From Coriobacteriia bacterium (GTDB lineage Bacteria > Actinomycetota > Coriobacteriia > Coriobacteriales > UBA8131): a stretch of 64,000 bases of DNA. Numbering within the stretch: position 1 is the stretch's first letter; every line of letters begins with the position of its first letter. The notes beneath the pieces are model-generated. The model did no database searches. It saw nothing but the letters and a program-made list of their open reading frames with translations, and was not told the origin of the DNA. Location of the stretch: NCBI GenBank assembly GCA_009783245.1, contig WRHL01000001.1, positions 11,878 through 75,877 of the forward strand, written 5' to 3'. Below, piece by piece: positions 16,553 to 26,200 of this stretch. The position numbers and the translations under genes were made by a program.

Positions 16553-16790
16553 CGAAAAGGGATGATTCTTCTTTTGGGGGGCTGAATCATTATTAGTCAG
16601 GATGGATATTATCATCCCTGCAGAATATAAAATGCAGCTTCTATACAGAACCGCGCACATTATGCGCAGGCACGTGAAATTATTTGTTACTTTCCATAAC
16701 CATTCCATCTGTGTGCACGACAGCGACGCAACAACGGCAGCCTTCACTCGTTTTTAAGGATGAAGGCGCCAGTCCCTTAAAACAAAGGTT

Positions 16791-18500
16791 CTAAGAGTGG
16801 GTGGTAGCGCTTATGGCACAGCAAACGCGGTCGGCGAAATGACTGAGGGTCTCAGGGCTGTTGTCAGAAAGGTGGACGTGGAGCACACGCCTTCCTCGTG
16901 AGGCAAGCGCAGCAAAGTCACCCTGTGCCTGCGCCTTGGCAAGCTCGCCCAACGTCAGGTCCTCGCCGGGAACACGGATGTCGTTCCCCTCGCCCGAGGA
17001 AAGCACCAGAAAGACCCCGGTATTGGGACCACCCTTGTGGAACTGGCCCGTGGAGTGCAGGAAGCGAGGGCCGATCTGCAAGGAGGAGACTACTCCCTTG
17101 CGGCTCGCGACCCGGTTACGCATGCGCTCCAGTGCCTCGCGCCTCCCGTAGCACCTGAAGGGCAAAAAAGCGTTCAGTGAGAAGTAGTCGCCCTGTTCAA
17201 GGGAAGCGAACAGGCTGCGAAGGATACCGTCTTGCTCGTCAAGGGATTCCAAGGCCAGGGCATTGCCAATGCTTATCGATTGGATGATACCCTTATCGAA
17301 GCGCGCTTCCTGGTAACTGTCAGGTGGCTCTGAGTCGGCTTCCTTCTTGCTTAAAAGCTCTCTGACCAGGCGCTTGGTGACCTCGACATCCGGCTGGTCA
17401 AAGGGATACACCTCAAGCAATATGCCTAAGAAGGCAACGGCGTATTCCCAGATGACAAAGTGTGAGAACGCTTCCTGCGGGCCCTCAAGCCGGTAGGATA
17501 GCGCCGGGATGCTTGTGTTGATGGCGGCAAGTGATTCTGCGAAGCCTTCATCCTCTCCAATATGGTAGATGATGGCGCTACGGTCGGTGCGGGGAACCGC
17601 GAGTATGCTTGCGTCCACCTCGATGTTCGGCAGGATGCCCTTGCCCTCCTTGCCCAGGGACTCAGCGACAAGCTGCTCCACCCAAAGGCCAAAGACCTGG
17701 CTTGCCGCAGGCAGGACCATTGAGAACTTGTCCCTGCCCTCCAAAAAGGCGTTGTAGAGGAAGCAGGCGAGCTTGAGCGCGCGGTTGTCCGGGCTGTCGC
17801 TGGTGCAGTTGAGCTCTACCTCGCAGACTTCAGCGATCACCTGCTCGATGTCGATGCCTATCAGCGCAGTGGGAAAGAGCGCGAACGGCGTCAGCGCCGA
17901 GAAGCGCCCACCCACATCAGCTGGCGTGGGGATGATGTAGCGGTAACCCTTTTCGCGGGCAAGCTGCTCCAGGCCACTGCCGGGATCGGTGAGCGCGACA
18001 AAACGCCTGGCGGCCTCTGCCTCACCGATGCGGTCTACAGCGTACTGCCAGACCACGCGCTCCAGCATGCGGATCTCCATGGTCGAGCCGGATTTGCTGG
18101 AGACAAGGTACAGGGTCTTTGCCGGATCAGAGCTCCCCAGGATGTGGTCGACGAAGACCGGCGAGAGGGAATCCATGGTCTTGAAGGGGACATCGCCTCT
18201 GCCGCTCAGTTCCGCGAGCTTGGTGATGGTCATCGCTGCCTGGGACGAGCCTCCCTGGCCGATAAGTACCACGCCATCCAAGCCCTCTGCCCGGATCTCC
18301 TCTGCGTACCTCTTCATCTCGCTGATGGGAAAGGGTGGTTTTGAACTGAGCGTTGCCCAACCCAGACGCTCCTCGGTGTGTTCTGGGTTGTTAGGGTCTA
18401 TTGCGAATAGACTCGCATCCTTGGCGCCAAGACGTGACGGTGCCTTGAGTTCCAGAAGGAACTCAAGGCACTTTTGTTGCTGCGATCCAAGAGCTGACAT
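16791..18500 (-). CDS. pgi: Glucose-6-phosphate isomerase
   Basis: 569 aa with PGI-family motifs LVSSKSGSTMEI and DVGGRFSALTPFAL, plus the SIS-type IGQGGSSQAA. Confidence 0.75.
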   Translation of the reverse strand: MSALGSQQQKCLEFLLELKAPSRLGAKDASLFAIDPNNPEHTEERLGWATLSSKPPFPISEMKRYAEEIRAEGLDGVVLIGQGGSSQAAMTITKLAELSGRGDVPFKTMDSLSPVFVDHILGSSDPAKTLYLVSSKSGSTMEIRMLERVVWQYAVDRIGEAEAARRFVALTDPGSGLEQLAREKGYRYIIPTPADVGGRFSALTPFALFPTALIGIDIEQVIAEVCEVELNCTSDSPDNRALKLACFLYNAFLEGRDKFSMVLPAASQVFGLWVEQLVAESLGKEGKGILPNIEVDASILAVPRTDRSAIIYHIGEDEGFAESLAAINTSIPALSYRLEGPQEAFSHFVIWEYAVAFLGILLEVYPFDQPDVEVTKRLVRELLSKKEADSEPPDSYQEARFDKGIIQSISIGNALALESLDEQDGILRSLFASLEQGDYFSLNAFLPFRCYGRREALERMRNRVASRKGVVSSLQIGPRFLHSTGQFHKGGPNTGVFLVLSSGEGNDIRVPGEDLTLGELAKAQAQGDFAALASRGRRVLHVHLSDNSPETLSHFADRVCCAISATTHS

Positions 18501-18533
18501 TGTGTACCAGCCTCTCGTGTTAGGTTACAACGG

Positions 18534-19313
18534 TTATTCTTCAGTTTCTGCTTCTTTGGCTGGTGCGTCTTCCTCAGCGGGAGCTTCCTCGGCGGCAGGC
18601 GCGTCTTCCTCGGCTGCCGGAGCCTCCTCGGCGGCAGGCGCGTCCTCTTCAGCAGCGGGAGCTTCCTCAGCGGGAGCTTCCTCTTCAGCGGCAGGCGCGT
18701 CCTCTTCAGCAGCGGGAGCTTCCTCTTCTGCGGCAGGCGCGTCCTCTTCAGCAGGGGCGCTTTCCTCCTCGATCGGGGATCCTTCGGCTTCGAGGACTTC
18801 GTCCTCTTCAGCGGCAGGCGCGTCCTCTTCAGCAGGGGCGCTTTCCTTCTCGATCGCCTCATCCTTGGCCTTCTCAGCCTTCTTGGCAGCCCTTCTCGAA
18901 GTAGCCTTCTTCTCTGGCTTGATCGTCTCTTCCTTCTTCACCTTCTTGATACAAGGCTCCTGCACCAGCTCCATGATGACGATGGTTGCGGAGTCACCGC
19001 GGCGGGTGCCCAGGCGCATGATCCGGGAATAGCCGCCCGGGCGGTCCTTGAACATGCCCTGCTCGACCTTGGCGAAGATCTCGGCAACCAGGTCCTTGTT
19101 CCCCAGCTTAGCGATAGCCAGGCGACGGGAGTGGACGTCACCACGTTTTGCCCAGGTGATCACCTGATCGACATCGCCTCGGATCTCCTTGGCGCGCTCC
19201 AGTGTGGTCTTGATCCGGTCGTTGGTGAAGAGGTTCACCACCAGGTTCTTCTTCATTGCTTTGGTATGGCTCGCATCGGTTCCCAGCTTGCGGCCTTTTT
19301 TATAGTGTCTCAT
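18534..19313 (-). CDS. rplQ: 50S ribosomal protein L17 with ~140-aa Ala/Glu/Pro-rich C-terminal extension
   Basis: The L17 core MRHYKKGRKLGTDASHTKAMKKNL...GDSATIVIMELV is followed by KK-rich and then (EEDAPAAEE)n-like repeats to the stop. Confidence 0.9.
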   Translation of the reverse strand: MRHYKKGRKLGTDASHTKAMKKNLVVNLFTNDRIKTTLERAKEIRGDVDQVITWAKRGDVHSRRLAIAKLGNKDLVAEIFAKVEQGMFKDRPGGYSRIMRLGTRRGDSATIVIMELVQEPCIKKVKKEETIKPEKKATSRRAAKKAEKAKDEAIEKESAPAEEDAPAAEEDEVLEAEGSPIEEESAPAEEDAPAAEEEAPAAEEDAPAAEEEAPAEEAPAAEEDAPAAEEAPAAEEDAPAAEEAPAEEDAPAKEAETEE

Positions 19314-19340
19314 AACAGTTATTCCTTACCGTTATCTGGC

Positions 19341-20282
19341 TTATGGCTTCAGGCCAAGTTCCATCGACTGAAGCTTGTCCTTGACTTCCTCGATGGATTT
19401 CGCACCGAAGTTGCGGATGTTCAACAGGTCGTTCTCGGAGAACTCGACCAGCTGCCGCACCGAATGGATGCCCGCACGCTTCAGGCAGTTGTATGAACGT
19501 ACCGACAGGTCGAGGTCCTCGACCATCTTCTCGAGCTCGTTGTTCTTGCCGGATCCCTCGGGGGCGAAGATGCTCGGCGCCTCGCTCACCGCTTCCTCGT
19601 CGGACAGCAGAAGGAAGGCATCCATGTGCTGATTGACGATATTCGCGGCCCGTACCAGCGCCTCCTGCGGTGTGATGGAACCGTCTGTCTCGACCTCCAG
19701 GACCAGCTTGTCATAGTCGGTACGCTGGCCAACACGGGTGTCCGTCACATCCATGGTGCAGCGACGCACGGGTGAGAACAGCGAGTCGACATGGATCCAT
19801 CCAATGGGATCATTCGAGCGCTTGTTGCGCTCAGCGGAGATGTAACCGCGACCTATGCCAATACGGATCCTCATCTCAAGGCTTCCGCCATCCGCGAGGG
19901 TCGCGATGACGTGATCGGGGTTGACCAGGTCGAAACCCGCGGGCACGCTGAGGTCAGCGCCGGTCAGCACACAGGGCCCGGTGGCGCTCACGGTGGCCTG
20001 AGCCTCCTCAAGCGTGTGCATGGAGCTGAATACCAGTCCCTTTACGTTAAGTACAATGTCAGTGACATCCTCGATGACGCCCTCTGCTGAAGAGAACTCA
20101 TGCTGGATGCCCTCGATCTGAATAGCCGTAGCAGCAGCCCCGTCCAGTGAGGAAAGCAGCACGCGACGCATGCTGTTGCCCAGTGTCTGGCCGTAACCAC
20201 GCTCAAGCGGCTCCACAATGAACCGTGCCAGCGTGTTGCTGACCTGCTCGACAGCGACCTGTGGTCTCATGAACTCTGTCAT
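19341..20282 (-). CDS. rpoA: DNA-directed RNA polymerase subunit alpha
   Basis: 313 aa from ATG 20282 (GGAAGGAG 8 nt upstream), sequence MTEFMRPQVAVEQV.... The listed start at 20348 would overlap rpsD. Confidence 0.95.
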   Translation of the reverse strand: MTEFMRPQVAVEQVSNTLARFIVEPLERGYGQTLGNSMRRVLLSSLDGAAATAIQIEGIQHEFSSAEGVIEDVTDIVLNVKGLVFSSMHTLEEAQATVSATGPCVLTGADLSVPAGFDLVNPDHVIATLADGGSLEMRIRIGIGRGYISAERNKRSNDPIGWIHVDSLFSPVRRCTMDVTDTRVGQRTDYDKLVLEVETDGSITPQEALVRAANIVNQHMDAFLLLSDEEAVSEAPSIFAPEGSGKNNELEKMVEDLDLSVRSYNCLKRAGIHSVRQLVEFSENDLLNIRNFGAKSIEEVKDKLQSMELGLKP

Positions 20283-20304
20283 CTCAACGCTCCTTCCGAT
20301 GCCG

Positions 20305-20931
20305 TTATTTCGAATAGAGCTCGACGATGAGCTGCTCACGGATGTCAAGGTCGATCTGCTCGCGCACCGGAAGCGCCAGCACAGAGCCCTGCAGCTTCTC
20401 GATATCGACCTCCAGCCACTGCGGTACCTCGGTCTTCTCGTTGGAGATCAGAGAGCTCTTGATAACGAGAAGGTTGCGCGCCTTGGGGGCCACAGCCACC
20501 AGGTCGCCTGCCTTCACGCGGAAGGACGGGATGTCCACGCGGCGGCCGTTCACATGGATGTGGCCGTGACGCACCTGCTGGCGGGCCTCGTCGCGGGACT
20601 TGGCAAACCCGAGGCGGTAGACCACGTTATCGAGGCGTGACTCAAGTATCCGGAGTAGGTTCTCGCCGGTGACGCCCTGTTGGCGGTTGGCGAGGTCATA
20701 GTAGCCGCGGAACTGCTTCTCCAGCAGACCGTAGATACGCTTGGTCTTCTGCTTCTCGCGCAGCTGGACGCGGTATTCGCTTTCCTTCGCGCGCTTCTTG
20801 CCTGCTTCACCAGGCGGGTAGGGGCGGCGCTCCTGCGCACACTTGTCGGTGTAGCAGCGGTCACCCTTCAAGAAAAGCTTGTTTCCTTCACGGCGACAGA
20901 GCCTGCAGTCTGCGCCTGTATATCTTGCCAT
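20305..20931 (-). CDS. rpsD: 30S ribosomal protein S4
   Basis: [26 protein letters not shown]... 208 aa from ATG 20931. Confidence 0.95.
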   Translation of the reverse strand: MARYTGADCRLCRREGNKLFLKGDRCYTDKCAQERRPYPPGEAGKKRAKESEYRVQLREKQKTKRIYGLLEKQFRGYYDLANRQQGVTGENLLRILESRLDNVVYRLGFAKSRDEARQQVRHGHIHVNGRRVDIPSFRVKAGDLVAVAPKARNLLVIKSSLISNEKTEVPQWLEVDIEKLQGSVLALPVREQIDLDIREQLIVELYSK

Positions 20932-21071
20932 AGTTGGTAAACCTACCTTTCGGCGTATCGCACTGCCCTGGTGAGGCGTTTGGCGAGGCATTCATCGGGG
21001 TGTTGTCCCCAGTGGGTCTGCCCCCTGCCCCAGGCCCTCAAGCCTTGCGATAGCGCTCTGAATCGAATCTG

Positions 21072-21467
21072 CTACACGCGACGACGCTTGCGCTGCCGTA
21101 CGCCGTTGTGCGGGATGGGGGTGCAGTCCTGGATACTCGCGATCTCAAGGCCGGCGGCCTGGAGGGTGCGGATGGCGGTCTCACGGCCGGAGCCGGGACC
21201 CTTCACAAAGACTGACACCTTGCGCAGGCCATGCTCCTGGGCGATCTTGGCCGCTGCCTCAGCAGCCATCTGCGCGGCGAATGGCGTGGACTTTCTGGAG
21301 CCCTTGAAGCCAACGGTGCCGGCGCTTTGCCAGGTGATGACGTTCCCGTGCGGGTCGGTGAGCGTAATTATCGTGTTGTTGAATGTGGACTTGATGTGCG
21401 CCTGCCCCACAGCGATATTCTTGCGCTCTGAGCGCTTTATGCGGGTGCGCACCTGTTTCTTAGCCAT
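21072..21467 (-). CDS. rpsK: 30S ribosomal protein S11
   Basis: 131 aa ending ...[25 protein letters not shown] overlap with rpsM. Confidence 0.95.
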   Translation of the reverse strand: MAKKQVRTRIKRSERKNIAVGQAHIKSTFNNTIITLTDPHGNVITWQSAGTVGFKGSRKSTPFAAQMAAEAAAKIAQEHGLRKVSVFVKGPGSGRETAIRTLQAAGLEIASIQDCTPIPHNGVRQRKRRRV

Positions 21468-21835
21468 TATTTCTTCTTGCCTCCTATCTGCTTACGCGGG
21501 CCTTTGCGGGTGCGCGCGTTGGTGTGCGTGCGCTGTCCGCGCACCGGCAGACCTTTGCGGTGCCGCAGGCCACGATAGGAGCCGATCTCCATGAGGCGCT
21601 TGACGTTCTGGCTTACCTCGCGGCGGAGATCGCCCTCGATCTTGAGGTTCTTGTCGATGTATTCACGTAGACGGACCGTTTCTTCTTCCGTGAGGTCCCT
21701 GACACGGGTATCGGGGTTTACCCCGGTTTCGGTGAGAATTTTGGTAGCGGTGGTCAGACCGATGCCATAGATGTAGGTAAGGCCGATCTCAACGCGTTTC
21801 TCTCGCGGGAGGTCGACACCAGCAATACGGGCCAC
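21467..21835 (-). CDS. rpsM: 30S ribosomal protein S13
   Basis: [26 protein letters not shown]..., 122 aa. Confidence 0.95.
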   Translation of the reverse strand: MARIAGVDLPREKRVEIGLTYIYGIGLTTATKILTETGVNPDTRVRDLTEEETVRLREYIDKNLKIEGDLRREVSQNVKRLMEIGSYRGLRHRKGLPVRGQRTHTNARTRKGPRKQIGGKKK

Positions 21836-21846
21836 TCATATCCTCC

Positions 21847-21960
21847 TTAGCCCTGACGCTGCTTATGGCGGGGGTTCTCGCAAATGACGAGAACCCGGCC
21901 ATGGCGCCGGATGATCTTGCACTTATCGCACATCTTCTTGACCGAAGGACGTACTTTCAT
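21847..21960 (-). CDS. rpmJ: 50S ribosomal protein L36 (below the 60-aa cutoff of the ORF track)
   Basis: The reverse complement of 21847-21960 translates to [37 protein letters not shown]-stop. Confidence 0.95.
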   Translation of the reverse strand: MKVRPSVKKMCDKCKIIRRHGRVLVICENPRHKQRQG

Positions 21961-22043
21961 AACACTGATCCCTTCAGTTTTCTGTTTGGTATGTTTATCG
22001 TTACGCCGCAGCCGCAGGCGTGAGTTTTTTAAAACCGGTAGAA

Positions 22044-22262
22044 CTACTTGTAGCGGTAGGTAATGCGCCCGCGACTCAGGTCATAGGGGGACAGCTCCAC
22101 CGTCACCTTGTCGCCAGGCAGGATACGGATATAGTGCATGCGCATCTTTCCCGAGATATGCGCTAAGACAACATGTCCGTTTTCCAGCTTCACCTTGAAC
22201 ATCGCATTGGGCAGCGGCTCTATAACCGTACCCTCGAGTTCAATGGCATCCTCTTTACCCAA
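22044..22262 (-). CDS. infA: Translation initiation factor IF-1
   Basis: (M)[71 protein letters not shown]. 72 aa if TTG 22262 is the start. The listed ATG 22307 adds a Cys-rich, un-IF1-like 15 aa. Start uncertain. Confidence 0.85.
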   Translation of the reverse strand: MGKEDAIELEGTVIEPLPNAMFKVKLENGHVVLAHISGKMRMHYIRILPGDKVTVELSPYDLSRGRITYRYK

Positions 22263-22388
22263 AAACCTCTGCTTTCTAAAAGTAATGGCAAAACAACAGC
22301 AGACCATGTTACCCCATGTTATACAGGTCAGGCAAGCAAAAATGCACTGAAATGCCCTAAATGTTGGCGTGTTGGGTGGATTTAGCGT

Positions 22389-22443
22389 CTGGCTAGCGCC
22401 TGGCTGGTGCCTAACTAGCGCCTGGCTAGCGCCTGGCTAGCGC
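22389..22443. repeat. 11-bp tandem repeat, 5 units (CTGGCTAGCGC and variants)
   Basis: Units at 22389, 22400, 22411, 22422 and 22433. The last unit contains the ...KR-stop codons of the small membrane protein gene (stop 22437-22439). Confidence 0.85.
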
Positions 22444-22661
22444 TTGAAGCTGATCAGATACCAGTCGATCATCTCTGAAAGTGAGTCGAAACCGGACAGA
22501 TATGCTGTGGCGAACAAGGCAAGTACTATGACGATAAGTATGGCGCCGATCCAGACCACGGCCCGCAACGCGAAGAAGCGCGACCAGAGGCCCACCTTGG
22601 GGGCTTCCCTGTATCCCGCTTCCATCCCCGGCCCTGGCTTCTTCCAGTACTCGTCGGTCAT
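22437..22661 (-). CDS. Small membrane protein (74 aa), unknown function
   Basis: MTDEYWKKPGPG... with one strong TM helix (VVWIGAILIVIVLALFATAYL). ATG 22661 is preceded by GGGAAAGGCAGG. The listed start at 22763 overlaps the upstream gene. Confidence 0.5.
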   Translation of the reverse strand: MTDEYWKKPGPGMEAGYREAPKVGLWSRFFALRAVVWIGAILIVIVLALFATAYLSGFDSLSEMIDWYLISFKR

Positions 22662-22699
22662 CGACCTGCCTTTCCCTGTCTTCGGGCGATTATAGCGGT

Positions 22700-23233
22700 T
22701 TATAGCGGTTTGCGGTCGAAGAAGACATTCTTCCCCTTTGTGGCAAGCCCGATCCCAAAACACACCTTGATGTCATCTGGGAACAGCTTGAGCTTGAGCG
22801 CTGCCATGCCGGCGGTGAAGAGGACGCGGTTGTCGATGCGGTGGTCCATGGCGGTCGCCGCGGCCGAACCTACCGCAATACCCAGGTCATTGACCGCCAG
22901 GGCACAGCTGACACCCGCTTTATGCGCTGCCGCACAGTTCTCAGTGCCGCATAATCCGCAGTTCAGCCCTCGGGACTTGACTCCCGCCCCAATGAGCACC
23001 ACGTAGTGACAGGCGTCTATATTTCCTGCATCGCGGATGAAGAAGGGCCTGTCCTCGCTTGTGCCTATCTCCCGCATGGCGGTAGTCAGGGCGCTCTTAT
23101 CGTCATCGCCGAGCACCAGGGTATCTACCAGGTCTATGCCGCAGGCCTTGGGCGCTGTCCTTGCCGCCGCTGCCATCATCTCAGCGCAGTGCAGGGCTGC
23201 GTTCTTCTCAGTGGTCCCGCTTTCATACTTCAT
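22700..23233 (-). CDS. DUF2148-type ferredoxin-domain protein
   Basis: 177 aa with AAAARTAPKACGID, FFIRDAGNID, GLNCGLCG..C and KNVFFDR strings, as I recall them for DUF2148. Confidence 0.6.
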   Translation of the reverse strand: MKYESGTTEKNAALHCAEMMAAAARTAPKACGIDLVDTLVLGDDDKSALTTAMREIGTSEDRPFFIRDAGNIDACHYVVLIGAGVKSRGLNCGLCGTENCAAAHKAGVSCALAVNDLGIAVGSAAATAMDHRIDNRVLFTAGMAALKLKLFPDDIKVCFGIGLATKGKNVFFDRKPL

Positions 23234-23254
23234 TCTGTTATCCGCTCCCTAAAG

Positions 23255-26200
23255 TTATTGGCGATTACTCCTGCTGCGATAAGCGCGCAGAAACATCAGT
23301 AGCAGTGCGCTCACCGTGCTCACCAGAAGTGTACCAAAGCCCAGCAGGGCCTGCTGGTTGAATTCATCGCCTGTCTGCGCGCCAGTGCCGCTGCCGCCGG
23401 TATTAGTGTTGGTATTACCCAGCACTGAGACCGTCAGCCTGATGTACTCGGAATAACCGTCGCTGAATTCCGCGATATAGATATAGGAGCCGTTTGCCAG
23501 GGCCTTAAGGTAGCTTTCCTTCAAGGTGATGATGGTACTGCCACTGGTTACCGTGTAGTTGGCTGGGTTGACCACATTTCCGTTGAGCGTCAGTCGCCCG
23601 AACTTGCTGGCATCCGCATCTACCTTGCCGGAAACTGTACCCGATCCCGTCCATGTGCCAAAGTTGGTGAGCGTGGTGTAGATGAGAGGGACAATGACCT
23701 CTTCCTGCCCCGTGATGGTCAACGTGATCTCACCATACACGCCAGAGCCATCCTGGGCTGTGGCGCGTATCACAACTGTGCCGTTGTCTAGTGCTGTCAC
23801 CCGACCTCCAGAATTGACCGAGGCGAACTCCGAGCCGCTTTCTATGCTCCAGGTGACTGCCTTGTCCCAGGCATCGGTTGGAACAACGGTAGCCGATAGC
23901 TGCAGGGTCCCACCCCAGGTGTCGATAGATGTGGCACCGCTGGCGCCGGTCACGGTGATACCTGTCACAGGCTTTTTGGGTGGCGCATCCGCCTCGAAGT
24001 TGGCCGTCAGTACCACCACGCCCGCAGGCATGCTGAAGGTAGCGGGATTGGCTGTGTCGCCGCCCGTGATGGACGCGCCGCTGATCGTCCAGTCAGTGAA
24101 GTGGGAGCCTGGATCCGCTATGGCTGTCACGCTTATGGCCGTTCCTGCCGGGTAGCTGCCGGTCACTGTGCCGGATACGGTGCCGCCGGCACCTGCCGTG
24201 GCGGTAAGCGAGTAGGTTGGTGGTGCGGCAGTAGTGACGCTGACACTGAAGGTTGTGGTCCTGGTGATGCTACTTTGGGTGTAGCTGACCGTGATAACCT
24301 GTGAGCCCACCGTATCAAGTGCCGTACCTGCGGTTGGGACGGTGGAGACCAGGGAGGTAACATTGGCAGTGGAGCTGTCGCTGTAGGTAGCCGTGACCAC
24401 CAGACCGGTCAAATCGAGCAGCTCGCCCTGGATGTAGGTGGTCTTGGTGGGCCCAGCTGTCACTGCGATGCTTTCCAGGGTCACCGGTGGCGCATCCGCC
24501 TCGAAGTTGGCGGTCAGTACCACCGCGCCCGCGGGCATGCTGAAGGTAGCGGGATTGGCCGTGTTGCCGTCGGTGATGGAGGCACCGCTGATCGTCCAGT
24601 CAGTGAAGTGGGAGCCTGGATCCGCTATGGCTGTCACGCTTATGGCCGCGTCCTCCTCGTAATAGCCGGTCGCGGTTCCATACAGCGTGCCGCCAGAGCC
24701 CGCATTAGCTGTTAACGAGAAGGTCGGCACGTCAGCAACCGTGAAACTCACGACGAAGTCCTCTGAGATGCCAAAGCCCCCGCTTACGGTGATGGTTGCC
24801 GTGTACGTGCCTGTGGTAAGGCCGGTGACGGGGGCAACCTCAAAGCCGTCTGTACCACTGACGGCTATGCTTGCCAGCGTGGCTGCATTGAGCTCGAATG
24901 CCGCGGCGTCTGTGCCGCTCAAGGTGACGTCTAGCGCCCCGGTGGGCTGGTTGCCCGTGTTTGACACGATAACGGGAATGCCCGTCTGAGCTGTATAACC
25001 AGACACGGCAGGGGTGAAGGCATGTGTCCCGATAATGCTCAGCGAGATGCTGTAGACCGGTGCGGGCGGAGCAGCGGTCACCGTGACACTGAAGTAGATG
25101 GACCTGGTGATACTGTCTTCTGTGTAGCTCACCGCGATACTCTGCGAGCCCACCGTATCAAGCGCCGTACCTGCGGTTGGGACGGTGGAGACCAGAGAGG
25201 TGACGTTGGCAGTGGAGCTGTCGCTGTAGGTAGCCGTGACCACCAGACCGCTTAGATCGAGCAGCTCGCCTTCTATGTAGGTGGTCTTGGTGGGCCCAGC
25301 TGTCACTGCGATGCTTGACAGGGTCACCGGCACCGTATCTGCCTCAAAGTTGGCGGTCAGCGTCACGGAACCTGCCGGCATGGCAAAGGTCGCGGGATTA
25401 GCGGAGTTGCCACCCGTGATTGACGCGCCACTTATCGTCCACTCTGTGAAATGGAAGTCCGTATCCGGTGTGGCGGTCACGCTTATGGCCGTGGTTTCTG
25501 TGTAGCTGCCGGTTGTTGTGCCGGACACGTCGCCACCGGCGCCCGCGGTGACTGTGAGTGAGTACGTGGGCGGAGGAGCAACCGTGACTGTGACGGCATA
25601 GGCCTTGGTTGTGCTATCTGCAGCCGTTACCGTGTAGGTTACGGAGGAGCTGAAGTCCTGAGCGCCCGTTGGCGCGTAGCTGGCGCCTGTGTGGGTGACT
25701 GCGGGCGTCAGGCTTGTCACGTCGGTCCCGTAGGGGACGGTGACAGAGATGCTTGTGCCAGTGATTGTGGCGGATTCGCCTGCCAGCGTGAATGCGGTGA
25801 TGTCCTTGTCAGTCGACAGGGCGCCGGCTCCCACAATCAGGGGGTAGAGCAGGCCCATGTCGCTGCACAGTGGATTGGTTGGCATATAGTCTGCGTCAAG
25901 GGTCGGGTCAGCTTCCAGCGAGCCGGTGTCGCCGCTGATGTGGGCCTGCCACGCGGCCAGCCCTGCGTTTGATAAGGGGCTGCTTGGGCGGTTGTCGGTA
26001 AAGGCCGCGCTCTTGCCATCTGTGTAGTAGCTGTTGTTGTTCATGGTTGGCATGCCGTCAAGGGCTGACAGGTCCCCATATATGTCAGTGGGATAGAAAT
26101 GGAAGTCGGTGATATAGCGGATCCCTATCATCTGGTTGGTGAAAGAAGACGGCTGGCTTATGAGGTTGTTGTGGATGTTGGGGTTGATGCTTGGTGGGCA

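Noticed and set aside
16469-16747. 92-aa minus-strand ORF just upstream of the reductase gene
   Set aside because: It has Cys/Trp-rich odd composition, contains the candidate TGGTATACT promoter within it, and has no RBS. It is more likely the untranslated control region. Moderate certainty only.
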